Positions 32,467-41,546 of a stretch of DNA of 56,014 nt are shown piece by piece. Source of the DNA: an uncultured Bacilli bacterium (lineage in GTDB: Bacteria > Bacillota > UBA5301). The stretch spans positions 73,292 through 129,305 of the forward strand of contig CAZAAT010000001.1 in the NCBI GenBank assembly GCA_964483175.1, written 5' to 3'. The notes beneath the pieces are model-generated. The model was not told the origin of the DNA. It saw nothing but the letters and a program-made list of their open reading frames with translations, and did no database searches. How positions within the stretch are numbered: the first letter of the stretch is position 1; every line of letters begins with the position of its first letter. Both the position numbers and the translations under genes were made by a program.

Positions 32467-32940
32467 ATGCAGTTTGGTCAAGACTTTATTATCTGGGTTC
32501 TGATGGCAATGTTAGTGGTGATGGGGGCGAGTTTTATCTTGTTTCTAACGGCCTATGGGAAATTTAGGCGTTTAAATAAGCATTTGGAGGAGATGCTCCC
32601 AAACGGTGGAGGCTTAGACGATCTGGTAAATCGATATCTTTCCGAATTCGAGCAGATTCAGCAGGCTCAGGTCCGGCTAGAGGAACGGGTAGCGCAATTA
32701 GAAGAATGGACGGAAACAGCAGTGTCCAAGGTGGGTTTGGTTCGCTATAATGCTTTCCCGGGTGTCGGCGGGGATCAGAGTTTTTCTTTAGCCTTCCTAA
32801 AGGGCAGCGGTGAAGGAATTGTGTTAAGCGGGCTTTATGGCCGAGATGAGACTAGGGTATATGCTAAACCAGTAAAGGACGGCGAATCAACGTATCAGCT
32901 CTCCGATGAGGAGAAGAACGTATTACAGGCTTTGACATAA
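32467..32940 (+). CDS. DUF4446 family membrane protein
   Basis: One N-terminal TM helix is followed by a coiled coil and ...VGLVRYNAFPGVGGDQSFSLAFL...GIVLSGLYGRDETRVYAKP. The ATG at 32467 follows AAAGGG. The ORF-track start at 32374 overlaps larC. Confidence 0.7.
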   Translation: MQFGQDFIIWVLMAMLVVMGASFILFLTAYGKFRRLNKHLEEMLPNGGGLDDLVNRYLSEFEQIQQAQVRLEERVAQLEEWTETAVSKVGLVRYNAFPGVGGDQSFSLAFLKGSGEGIVLSGLYGRDETRVYAKPVKDGESTYQLSDEEKNVLQALT

Positions 32941-32965
32941 CCAAATAAGTGTGAGGTGGAATAGT

Positions 32966-33370
32966 GTGTTTAGAAAAGAAGAGCCAATTGCTGTTTCCCC
33001 GGACAAGTTGGATAAAATGGGGACTCTGATTGCGCCGGGAGCGCTGTTTGAAGGCAAGCTTCGCGCCAAGGGCATGCTCAGGGTTGATGGTACGGTGATT
33101 GGAGAAATCAGCTGTGATGGAAACATGGTCATCGGCAAAGATGGTAAGGTAGAGGCGAAGGTCGAAGCGGTCAACTTGACCATCGGTGGAGTTCTCAAGG
33201 GCGATGTCAAAGTAGCCGAACGGTTGGAAGTATTACCAACAGGGCGGTTAGAGGGTAACGCATCAACGAAAATTATTGTGATAGAAGATGGTGGTTTCTT
33301 TTCCGGCAGCTGTGAGATGCCGACCCCGGAAGGAAAACTCGTAGCCAAGGCCAACCCCAAAAAGGAATAA
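32966..33370 (+). CDS. Bactofilin (DUF583) cytoskeletal protein
   Basis: It shows the repetitive beta-helix pattern G.L.V.G.V.G.I...GN.VIGKDGKVEA.VEA..L.I.G.L.G.V. I prefer the GTG start at 32966, after GAGGTGG. Confidence 0.75.
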   Translation: MFRKEEPIAVSPDKLDKMGTLIAPGALFEGKLRAKGMLRVDGTVIGEISCDGNMVIGKDGKVEAKVEAVNLTIGGVLKGDVKVAERLEVLPTGRLEGNASTKIIVIEDGGFFSGSCEMPTPEGKLVAKANPKKE

Positions 33371-33402
33371 GCGCCGGCATTGCCACTTAGCTAACTAGCT
33401 AA

Positions 33403-34017
33403 TTAGGAATGTTGGGTTGCTGAAACTTCAGGTAAACTGAGGTGATTTCTGATGGCTAGGGACAGTGCTTCACTGATAACCCTAGCCATATTCATAACCA
33501 GACTTAACCTGGTGTTTTGCAGTACTAGATATTCCATAAATCCGCCGACATTGACGGTACCGATAATGTGTAGATCTCCGATACACGGCAGGGTTTTATT
33601 AACTCCGGTACCCGGATAAAGAGGCCCGCTTTTAGCGCTAATATAGCCAACATTTTCGACCTTTCCTAGGCAGGCATCAACAGCTATAATGGTGAGCCCC
33701 TGGTGCAAAGAGGTTATTATTTCGATTTTCTCAGTTAAGTTGGCGGCGTGAACCGGCTCGTCCAAAGTTCCATAAACATGAAGCCCGGGGATCGTATCAA
33801 TGATCTGGGACCCGATGACTGGCCCAAGCGCATCTCCGGTTGATCGGTCAGTACCGATACAGACTAGAACTAATTCTGAATGGCTATTTCTAATGGACTT
33901 TAATTGTCTGTCAATAGCAGAGGCTAGTGTTTCAGCAGCGTAAGGCGTTTCCCAATGTACTCTTTCGAGCATCGAGATACGGTTTAATAGAGGTTGAATA
34001 GGTGATTTATTAAGCAT
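33403..34017 (-). CDS. yyaC: Sporulation protein YyaC (GPR/HybD-like protease fold)
   Basis: It contains VCIGTDRSTGDALGPVIG, IIAVDACLGK and IIGTVNVGG. The ATG at 34017 has GGAGAGGG upstream. The ORF-track start at 34161 is rejected. Confidence 0.8.
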   Translation of the reverse strand: MLNKSPIQPLLNRISMLERVHWETPYAAETLASAIDRQLKSIRNSHSELVLVCIGTDRSTGDALGPVIGSQIIDTIPGLHVYGTLDEPVHAANLTEKIEIITSLHQGLTIIAVDACLGKVENVGYISAKSGPLYPGTGVNKTLPCIGDLHIIGTVNVGGFMEYLVLQNTRLSLVMNMARVISEALSLAIRNHLSLPEVSATQHS

Positions 34018-34121
34018 ACTTTGCCCTCTCCATCGAATTGTTTTCCGCGGATTCCGCATATACATAGGCAAGTATATGGGAAATTGTTGGAAAATATGCA
34101 TCAATCCGAGGAGGGGGATGA

Positions 34122-35198
34122 GTGCAGAAGAATTATCATGATTTGTTCGGGTTGGTCTCAATCTGCGTTGGCGCCGTTGTTGGTGCCGGCTTTGCCAGCG
34201 GACAAGAGATTAACCGATTTTTTGTCCAGTTTGGCTGGATGGGGTTAGTGGGAATCGGGCTATCGGTTAGTGTATTAATCGTGTGGACCCGTTTTATGAT
34301 GACCTCGGCATACCAGCAGAAATTTACCGAATATCGGAGGGCCTGCCAGATCTTGCTGGGACCACGTTTAGCTGTTTGGGGGGATCTAGTTGCTGGTACG
34401 TATGTTTTTGCCGGGCTAGCGGTAATGATTGCCGGTGGTGGTGAGGCAATAGCAGCGTTTTGGCAAATTCCAACCAAAATAAGCTCGTTATTATTTGCGC
34501 TCACGTGCGTAATTGGAATGGCTCGTGGGGCAGCTAGTCTGGTACAGGTCAACAAACTATTAGTACCATTGCTGATTTTAGTCGTTTTTATCGTCTTAGC
34601 CGGACAGCTAATTCCAGGTTGGGCCGCTACACCAACATTAGCAGGTTCATATTCACTAGTCCCGGCGCTGATACCGTTATCGAAATTAACGCTACTTCCT
34701 AATTGGCTGATCGCAGCCATACTTTATGCAGCCTTTAATTTAGGTACCGTGATTACGGTCTTTTCCGGGTTAGGAAACTATATTCCAGATACTTGTACAG
34801 CTAAACAGGCTGGGCTATTATCCGGGCTGATCCTAGGGTTATTATTACTCTTGTTTTGGTTAGGTATTTATTTAACCCCGGGAGCAACAGAGAGTGCTAT
34901 TCCGATGGCCCATATTGCCTCATTAGGAAGCTACTGGGCCCGGATTGCTTACTTAGCCTTATTGATATTAGCGATGTATACATCGGCGATTGCAGATCTA
35001 TTTGCCCTGAATAGCCGATACCGAGCCCTTTCTGTTCATCCTCTGATCGGATCATTGTTGGCCGCCCTTTTGGCTTGGCTGGTAGCGCGGGCAGGATTTG
35101 TACAGCTAATAAGTACTGTTTACCCTGCATATGGGTATCTGTGGACAGCAATGCTAATAATCATAGTAATTCGACATCGGGTAGCAGGTTGGCGTTAG
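34122..35198 (+). CDS. YkvI/YyaD-family polytopic membrane protein
   Basis: 358 aa with about 10-11 TM helices. The N-terminus is ...VGAVVGAGFASGQEI..FF. It is divergent from yyaC, as in Bacillus. Confidence 0.65.
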   Translation: MQKNYHDLFGLVSICVGAVVGAGFASGQEINRFFVQFGWMGLVGIGLSVSVLIVWTRFMMTSAYQQKFTEYRRACQILLGPRLAVWGDLVAGTYVFAGLAVMIAGGGEAIAAFWQIPTKISSLLFALTCVIGMARGAASLVQVNKLLVPLLILVVFIVLAGQLIPGWAATPTLAGSYSLVPALIPLSKLTLLPNWLIAAILYAAFNLGTVITVFSGLGNYIPDTCTAKQAGLLSGLILGLLLLLFWLGIYLTPGATESAIPMAHIASLGSYWARIAYLALLILAMYTSAIADLFALNSRYRALSVHPLIGSLLAALLAWLVARAGFVQLISTVYPAYGYLWTAMLIIIVIRHRVAGWR

Positions 35199-35220
35199 TG
35201 AGGTTGTAGAATAATGCAGC

Positions 35221-35676
35221 ATGAAAAAGTGTGAATTAACAGCGGCTGAGAAACAATTAAATACGGGGAAGGCTTTGCTCGGGGATGGGCGGTTTGCCGA
35301 GGCTGAACAGATCTTTCAGGAGTTAATTAACAATGGGGAGATGGAGAGTGAGGCCTGGAATCAGCTGGGCATATTACAAATCCGGCGTGGCACGGACGTA
35401 CAGCGGGCCAAGGAGTACTTCGAGCGGAGTATTGCGGTCAACCCGCAAAACCCGGCGCCGTACTCAAATTTGGGCGCGCTGATGCACGAAGAAGGTGATT
35501 TAGCGACGGCTGAGGAGTATTGTCAACGTGCTATACAGCTAGATCCGGATTTTCCTCCTGCCCTACACAATTTAGGTGTCATCTACCGGAAAAAGGGAAA
35601 CATTTGGACTTCGGTTAAATACCTGAAACGGGCATCCAAAGCGGAGCTTCGCCGTAACCGCAACCAGAAAAGATAA
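35221..35676 (+). CDS. Tetratricopeptide-repeat protein
   Basis: It has TPR-like repeats (AEQIFQELI..., AKEYFERSIAVNPQN, AEEYCQRAIQLDPDF). Confidence 0.6.
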   Translation: MKKCELTAAEKQLNTGKALLGDGRFAEAEQIFQELINNGEMESEAWNQLGILQIRRGTDVQRAKEYFERSIAVNPQNPAPYSNLGALMHEEGDLATAEEYCQRAIQLDPDFPPALHNLGVIYRKKGNIWTSVKYLKRASKAELRRNRNQKR

Positions 35677-35699
35677 GGGGGCTTAGTGAAGCTATAGCA

Positions 35700-37070
35700 G
35701 TGTATATTGAGATCACCCTTAGTAAACGCAATATCTTTCTGGTCTTAGTAGCGGTCCTGATGGTTTTAGGAATAGGCTCTCTAGGCGGGTTTTACACCTA
35801 TGATTTTTTGCGTACCGATGTAATCGAAGGGGTATATTTAGAGGATCTATCTTTGAGTAAGCTTAATCGGGATGCCTTGATCCAACGGTTTGAGGAGTAT
35901 CTCGGTCCCCGTTTGGAAGAACCGATTAGCTTTGAAGCAAATGGTGTCGTTGGCGTATTGACGGCCGGTGAACTCGGCTACGACTTTGACTATGCCAAGA
36001 TGGCGGATCAAGCCCTTCGGGCAGGTAGAACCGGCAATTGGTTTCTGCAACGGGCTGCGCGACGCAAGATCCTTAAAGAAGGTTTATTAATTATCCCACA
36101 AGTGACTATCGACCAAGAAAGGTTAGAACGCGCACTCGAGCCGTTACGTGCAAAAACGCAAGTGCCACCGGTTTCAGCTCGGTGGGAGGTGTTACCAGAC
36201 GGATATCAGGTCAAACTGATTCCCGCTCAGGCAGGGCGGACGATTGATCTTGATCAGATAGCCGATCTGGTCGAGGACCTGCTTAGGCAGGCTCCGCCAT
36301 ACTCCTTAGCCATACCCTTTCAACAAATGCATCCTAAGCTAGATACTGAAGAAGCAGTCGGCCTCGGGATTAGTGAGGTTGTTGCCTCTTACCGTACTTA
36401 CTTTAGTCCGAGTAATACTAGCCGGGTTAAGAATATTCGCTTAGCTGCTCAGTCGATTAATAATAAAATCTTATTGCCTGGTGAAGTATTGTCATTCAAT
36501 CGGTTAACGGGTCCGCGTTTGCCGGAATCCGGCTACGAAGAGGCGCCAATTATCGTTAATGGTGAATTAGTCCCGGGTGTCGGTGGTGGTGTTTGTCAGG
36601 TTTCGACTACTCTGTATAACGCAGCGGTCCTTGCCAACTTAACGATTCTTGAGCGAAATAAGCACAGTTTGCCGAGTGCATATGTGGGTCTAGGTCGGGA
36701 TGCCACAGTTTTTTACGATTACTTGGACTTAAAAATCCATAATGAAACAGTCAGACCGGTTCTGATCAAATCGATCATTGGCCACAACTATCTCGACGTT
36801 AAGATCCTTGGCAAATGGGTTTATGATTGGCGGATTCAGATTGAAGTTGAGGAATTGGAGACCATCCAACCGGTGTGGACGGAACGATATGACCCAGCTC
36901 TTAAACCCGGGCAGCGGGTAATTGAGAAGGAGGCACTCCCTGGTCGTAAGGTTAGGGTGTGGAAAAAGTATGTTGGTCCAGAGGGTGTGGTTAGTCGGGA
37001 GATCCTTAGTACCGATACATATCAGCCAATTAATGGGGTAGTAAGAGTTGGAAGTTTGCCTAAAAATTGA
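35700..37070 (+). CDS. VanW-family protein with an N-terminal TM anchor and a C-terminal G5-like domain
   Basis: The VanW core reads LLPGEVLSFNRLTGPR...GYEEAPII.NGELVPGVGGGVCQVSTTLYNA. The C-terminus PGRKVRVWKKYV...REILSTDTYQP is G5-like. Confidence 0.75.
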   Translation: MYIEITLSKRNIFLVLVAVLMVLGIGSLGGFYTYDFLRTDVIEGVYLEDLSLSKLNRDALIQRFEEYLGPRLEEPISFEANGVVGVLTAGELGYDFDYAKMADQALRAGRTGNWFLQRAARRKILKEGLLIIPQVTIDQERLERALEPLRAKTQVPPVSARWEVLPDGYQVKLIPAQAGRTIDLDQIADLVEDLLRQAPPYSLAIPFQQMHPKLDTEEAVGLGISEVVASYRTYFSPSNTSRVKNIRLAAQSINNKILLPGEVLSFNRLTGPRLPESGYEEAPIIVNGELVPGVGGGVCQVSTTLYNAAVLANLTILERNKHSLPSAYVGLGRDATVFYDYLDLKIHNETVRPVLIKSIIGHNYLDVKILGKWVYDWRIQIEVEELETIQPVWTERYDPALKPGQRVIEKEALPGRKVRVWKKYVGPEGVVSREILSTDTYQPINGVVRVGSLPKN

Positions 37071-37095
37071 CACCCGTAATTCTGTACAGTACAAT
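37067..37095 (+). promoter_or_regulatory. Candidate sigma-A promoter of ilvE
   Basis: TTGACA (37067..37072), a 17-nt spacer, then TACAAT (37090..37095). This is a near-consensus promoter. Confidence 0.6.
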
Positions 37096-37133
37096 ATACT
37101 TTAATTCCCGACAAGAAGTGGAGGAGTAGAGTT

Positions 37134-38048
37134 ATGGGAGAGTACGCATATTTCCAAGGTCAGTTTGTACCAATTGAAGATGCAAAAATTAGCATTAAGA
37201 CCCACGCCTTCTTATATGGCACAGCTGTTTTCGAGGGTATCCGGGCCTACTGGAACGAAGATGATCAGCAGTTATACGTCTTTCGATTGCTCGAGCATTT
37301 TCAGCGGCTAGAACGCTCGGGACGCATCTTTATGATGAAATCGCCGCTCGCCGCTGAAGAGATGGCGCAAGTCACGGTGGAGTTGCTCAAGAAAAATGAG
37401 TTCAAGACAGATGCCTATATTCGGCCGATCTTGTACAAGTCTGGCACGGAGGTAGGCATTTTGTGTAGTAAAATGCCCGATGATTTTCTGGTCTTTGCGC
37501 TCCCATTTGGGGCCTATCTTGATACCTCTAAGGGTTTGAGCGTCAAAGTTTCCTCCTGGCGCCATTTGGAGGATAACATGATTCCCATGCGGGCCAAATG
37601 TAACGGGTCCTATGCGGGTGCAGCGCTAGCCAAAAATGACGCGGCTAATGACGGTTACGATGAAGCGATTTATCTTTCAACTGATGGACATGTCTCCGAA
37701 GGTACCGGCGAAAACTTATTTATTGTGCGCAACGGTAAATTGATTACCTCGCCTTGTACAGCGGATATTCTGGAAGGAATCACCAGAGCAACCGTGGCAA
37801 CCTTAGCCAAGCAGGAGCTAGGGCTAGATATCGAAGAACGTCAGATCGATCGTACGGAACTGTACATCTGTGATGAAGCCTTCTTCACCGGAACGGCCGC
37901 AGAAGTCACTCCGATTACCTCGATCGATCACCGTCCGGTTGGCGATGGCAAGGTAGGGCAGCTAAGCAAGTCACTACAGACCCTCTTCTTTGACGTAGTC
38001 AAAGGACGTAATCCAAAATATAAGCATTGGTTAACTCCAGTCTACTAA
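37134..38048 (+). CDS. ilvE: Branched-chain amino acid aminotransferase (fold type IV)
   Basis: 304 aa with ...HAFLYGTAVFEGIRAY..., AKCNGSYAGAALAK, and EGTGENLFIV.NGKL.T. Confidence 0.88.
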   Translation: MGEYAYFQGQFVPIEDAKISIKTHAFLYGTAVFEGIRAYWNEDDQQLYVFRLLEHFQRLERSGRIFMMKSPLAAEEMAQVTVELLKKNEFKTDAYIRPILYKSGTEVGILCSKMPDDFLVFALPFGAYLDTSKGLSVKVSSWRHLEDNMIPMRAKCNGSYAGAALAKNDAANDGYDEAIYLSTDGHVSEGTGENLFIVRNGKLITSPCTADILEGITRATVATLAKQELGLDIEERQIDRTELYICDEAFFTGTAAEVTPITSIDHRPVGDGKVGQLSKSLQTLFFDVVKGRNPKYKHWLTPVY

Positions 38049-38077
38049 ATTAGACTTTCTAATATCTTTATTCTTTG

Positions 38078-38108
38078 GGGCCTGCTGCTAAAGCAGGTCT
38101 TCTTTTCT
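38078..38108 (+). terminator. Rho-independent terminator after ilvE (first of two)
   Basis: GGGCCTGCT-gctaa-AGCAGGTCT is followed by TCTTTTCT. Confidence 0.65.
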
Positions 38109-38110
38109 AG

Positions 38111-38139
38111 ATGGGTGTCCGTGCACCCATTTTTTTTTG
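38111..38139 (+). terminator. Second hairpin with a U-tract (tandem terminator or leader attenuator)
   Basis: ATGGGTG-tccgtg-CACCCAT is followed by nine T residues. Confidence 0.7.
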
Positions 38140-38262
38140 CAATCGTCTTGGAAATAAAAGGAAATGGAAGATCGGAGATGAATTTTTAGCTTGGACACGT
38201 GTGCTTTTCTTGTTGCCAGCCGCGTAAGAATGGGTGAGACGTATTGTGCGGGGGGATTCTGC

Positions 38263-39216
38263 ATGGCAACAATTAAGGCCGCCGTGGTTCAACTGTCCAT
38301 TTCAGATCTCAGCCGGTACTCTTGGCCTGAGCTAGAAAAGAAGTTGATCTTCCTGTTTTCACAGGGGACAGAGTCTGGGGCAGATCTAATTGTCTTTCCG
38401 GCCCTCACGGCGCTCTTATTTTCTCCAGAGTCTCGCAAGACGATAGAATATGGAGTTGATCAAAAAACGAGTCAGTTAGTCGCTCGGCTAGGCGGTTTTT
38501 GGACCGGTGAGTGGTTAGACTTTTTCACTACACTGGCCAGAAATCACCGTGTTCAGGTAGTGCCTGGAACAACTCTAGAAGCTACTGATAAAGGGCTGTT
38601 GCACCAGGGTTACTTGGTGGACAGAGATGGGAAACTGGTCTTAGCCCAGCAGCAGATTCATTTTTCCACTCTTGATCTGGGAAAAGGGTTTCAATCTGGA
38701 GAGCAGATCATTACCGCAGAAACAGATCAGGGCACCATTGGCTTAGTGCTTGGTGGGGATGCGTGGATACCGGAGATGGGCCGTATTTTGACCCTACAAG
38801 GTGCCGATATCATCATCAGTCTTCAAGCCATCAGCAATTTTTATGACTATCGAAAACAGCTACTCGGGGTGTGGCAGATTGCTCAGTCAAATGGGGTTTT
38901 TACCCTAGAGAGTTGTATGGTTGGCCGGGCCATTAAATTCGCTTACCAAGGGTTGACTACTATCTGTGGCCCGGCTTCGCTATACCCCCCGACCGGCATT
39001 TTAGCTCATATTGATCCGCTGTTAACCAATCTCACTAGCTTGGATCTTGGGTATTTGATCTCACCCCAAAAGGAAAAAGAAGGAGTATTAATTCGTAACC
39101 TTGATTTAGCGGCGGCCAAAGATTTCCGCGATGCCGCAGGACTCTTGGCGGCAACAAATATTCACTGGGGCAGTACTGGAGGTGATCTCGGTGACTACGC
39201 TGAGAAATCTAATTGA
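38263..39216 (+). CDS. Carbon-nitrogen hydrolase (nitrilase superfamily) fold protein lacking the Glu-Lys-Cys triad; predicted pseudoenzyme
   Basis: The fold motifs align with canonical ones, but the catalytic positions are substituted: DLIVFPA (canonical ..PE), QQQIHFS (canonical .RK.HLF) and IGLVLGGDAWIPE (canonical ...IC.D...PE). The ATG at 38263 follows GGGGGA. Confidence 0.6.
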   Translation: MATIKAAVVQLSISDLSRYSWPELEKKLIFLFSQGTESGADLIVFPALTALLFSPESRKTIEYGVDQKTSQLVARLGGFWTGEWLDFFTTLARNHRVQVVPGTTLEATDKGLLHQGYLVDRDGKLVLAQQQIHFSTLDLGKGFQSGEQIITAETDQGTIGLVLGGDAWIPEMGRILTLQGADIIISLQAISNFYDYRKQLLGVWQIAQSNGVFTLESCMVGRAIKFAYQGLTTICGPASLYPPTGILAHIDPLLTNLTSLDLGYLISPQKEKEGVLIRNLDLAAAKDFRDAAGLLAATNIHWGSTGGDLGDYAEKSN

Positions 39217-40153
39217 CAACATCAAATGGGAACCGGTTCGGGAGTTGTATTACGAAGTGGAGACGTTTTTTCTGTTTTACCCCGAGCGGATCAAAAAACT
39301 TATTTACACGCATAGATCCAAAGCTAAAGAAAAGTGTACACCACAACCTGGCCGCATTGCGCTGGTTAAGAGATCAATGCTAGAGGCGGATTCATTAACG
39401 GGACTGCTTGAAAAGGCAACCTACCTTTTTGATAAGGCTTGTGAGGTCGGAGCGGGCGCAGTGGTATTAACCACAGGTGCGGCTGAGGTTTTAACACAAT
39501 TAGCGCCAATTTCGACATCACGAGTTACTAACCTGATCCTTGATTCCTTCGAAGCATTCTGGGGCAGTTTGGCTCTCAAGTACGAGTTATGGATCATCGT
39601 CGGGACAAGAACCCTTTATAATAGGGCCCACAAGCGGGAGCTTTGCTATTGTTTTGATCCGACGGGTAAATGCTGCTACCAGTTTAAGACCCATCTTTCC
39701 CCCCAGGAGGTTAAGGACGGATATGTGCCAGGCAGACAGGTGAAAGTCTTTGAAACTGCTGCAGGCCCCATCGCGCTGGCCTTTGCTGGAGAAGAACAGT
39801 ACTTTGAATTGGCTCGGATGCAGGCGGCTAGGGGGGCAAAAATTGTTGTTCGCCTGGGAGACTGGCCGGAAGATTTAGAGATCACGGCTTTACATGGGGA
39901 ATGGGCCCGAGCGCAAGAAAATAACTGCTACTATGTTTCCGGAAATCGGATTTATTCACCAACTTATTTAAGCATTGACGGAAGCGGCATATTTGTCGTT
40001 GTTGATTCGGAAGACCTACCATTTATCCAGGTGGATGCAAATTTGGATCGTTTGGCCCACAGCTGTGAGGACCCAGGGGCAATTCCTGCTGTTAACCAAG
40101 ACCTAATGAACCGGTACTTACCTTATCTATACCGCCAATTATGGAGTTTGTAG
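39191..40153 (+). CDS. Second nitrilase-superfamily fold paralogue lacking the catalytic Glu and Cys; predicted pseudoenzyme
   Basis: AVVLTTG stands in place of ..LPE. FKTHLSP retains the Lys. IALAFAGEEQYFE stands in place of ...IC.D...PE. The GTG start at 39191 is 8 nt after GGAGG and overlaps the upstream gene by 26 nt. Confidence 0.55.
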   Translation: MTTLRNLIDNIKWEPVRELYYEVETFFLFYPERIKKLIYTHRSKAKEKCTPQPGRIALVKRSMLEADSLTGLLEKATYLFDKACEVGAGAVVLTTGAAEVLTQLAPISTSRVTNLILDSFEAFWGSLALKYELWIIVGTRTLYNRAHKRELCYCFDPTGKCCYQFKTHLSPQEVKDGYVPGRQVKVFETAAGPIALAFAGEEQYFELARMQAARGAKIVVRLGDWPEDLEITALHGEWARAQENNCYYVSGNRIYSPTYLSIDGSGIFVVVDSEDLPFIQVDANLDRLAHSCEDPGAIPAVNQDLMNRYLPYLYRQLWSL

Positions 40154-40166
40154 AGGAGAGAAAGCA

Positions 40167-41483
40167 ATGTGGAGATTTTTCAAATGGCAAGTGTGGACAA
40201 GCCTAATCATCATGATTCTTTGTCAGTTAGGCGTTCTAGCAGCAGAGTCAAATGTTTCTATTCAGTATGTCGCCGGCAAGGGTGATGATTCGTACTGTGA
40301 TCTCAGTTTGAAAACCGGCTGGGATATGCCCAATGGCTGGCAGTTATCTGTAGCCCCGTTAGTCCGGGCCTATGCGTTTGATGAGGTGGCCAAGTTTCGG
40401 CTGGCCAATGAGATAAAGATTAACCATGATACCGGCTGGGACAAGCTCAATCTGAACTATACTCGTTTCGACCAACCGGAGGATGTGGCAAATATGTACA
40501 ATCTGGGTTATGAGCACAAAAGTAAACTCAAGGCATGGTGGAACCCTGGCGAGCAAGGATCATGGGTAGCCAGAATAAAGGGTGAGCACAAAGCTTATTC
40601 GAATAAGCCGCATCGGGACTATGTTTCTGGTGAATGGGAGCTATATTCAGAGTCCAAAGAACCGATCAATCGGCCGAGTTGGACTGATCAAGTCTGGTCT
40701 ACCGGGATCTTCGATTTTTCGGTGAATCGGGCCTTAGAAGGACAAGACTGGTTTTTAGATGGCTGGGTTTTGGGGGAAGCACTAATCAATAGCGGCGAAG
40801 ACTACCAGCATCCATGGGCAGAGTCGGCAGATAAAATTAGCACGAAGTTAATCTCTAGGATTGGCGGGGGTTGGTCTAATCACTATCGGAATTCTCAATA
40901 CACTTGGCGGGTTAATAACTACGAGCTCCAGTGGCAGCAGCAGATCAGCCCAGCGAGCAGCCTAAAGTTTGGTTATCGAACAATTGATAAAACATACCCC
41001 GACAGACTGACCAAGAGCTATCATACCCGCGAACATCTGCTGCGGTGGTTGGGCAAAGGTGAGCAGGCAACAGTGGAAACCGGGTTAACCTATGACTCTA
41101 AACGCTACTTGGCCGGGAAAACCCTTGAAGAATACCAAGTATGGCTCAGTCGCACGGGGCGTGGGAATTGGCCGAAATCCCTGAAGATACAAGGCCGGAT
41201 CCAAACACAAAGTGAGCTCAAACCAGATGCCTCAGTTACCGCAAGTTTCGGTCTGGAACTGCCAAAAAGCAAAAAATGGGCGGGCAAGCTTACCTTGAAA
41301 GCTGATCACAAGTGGGACAAGCTGATTTCCAAGAAGACCACTGTTACGTCTACCGTATCCACCACCCGAAAATTGCGCGAGCGGTGTGATCTCAGCGTGG
41401 CCTTGGACAGAAAGTGGGTGTGGGAGGATCAAGCGGTTAGTGATGATTGGGGGGCTAAAATCGGACTCAAACTATCGTTGTAG
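40167..41483 (+). CDS. Exported Trp/Tyr-rich protein of unknown function with a beta-barrel-like alternating pattern
   Basis: The Sec signal is MWRFFKWQVWTSLIIMILCQLGVLAA|ES. By my count it has 26 Trp in 438 aa. Many amphipathic beta-strand-like segments occur (LKFGYRTID, VETGLTYD, VTASFGLEL, KLTLKADH, DLSVALDRKWVW, GAKIGLKLSL). The start is 13 nt after the upstream gene. Confidence 0.5.
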   Translation: MWRFFKWQVWTSLIIMILCQLGVLAAESNVSIQYVAGKGDDSYCDLSLKTGWDMPNGWQLSVAPLVRAYAFDEVAKFRLANEIKINHDTGWDKLNLNYTRFDQPEDVANMYNLGYEHKSKLKAWWNPGEQGSWVARIKGEHKAYSNKPHRDYVSGEWELYSESKEPINRPSWTDQVWSTGIFDFSVNRALEGQDWFLDGWVLGEALINSGEDYQHPWAESADKISTKLISRIGGGWSNHYRNSQYTWRVNNYELQWQQQISPASSLKFGYRTIDKTYPDRLTKSYHTREHLLRWLGKGEQATVETGLTYDSKRYLAGKTLEEYQVWLSRTGRGNWPKSLKIQGRIQTQSELKPDASVTASFGLELPKSKKWAGKLTLKADHKWDKLISKKTTVTSTVSTTRKLRERCDLSVALDRKWVWEDQAVSDDWGAKIGLKLSL

Positions 41484-41546
41484 TATTCTCAGCGGTTTTC
41501 CTGGGTATACCAATGCTGTATCTAGGAAAACGCGGGAGGTATTGAG

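Noticed and set aside
38107-38292. A 61-aa minus-strand ORF in the ilvE-nitrilase spacer, and the 38191 start of the plus-strand ORF
   Set aside because: The region is occupied by two terminator hairpins. The plus-strand gene has a better RBS and ATG at 38263.
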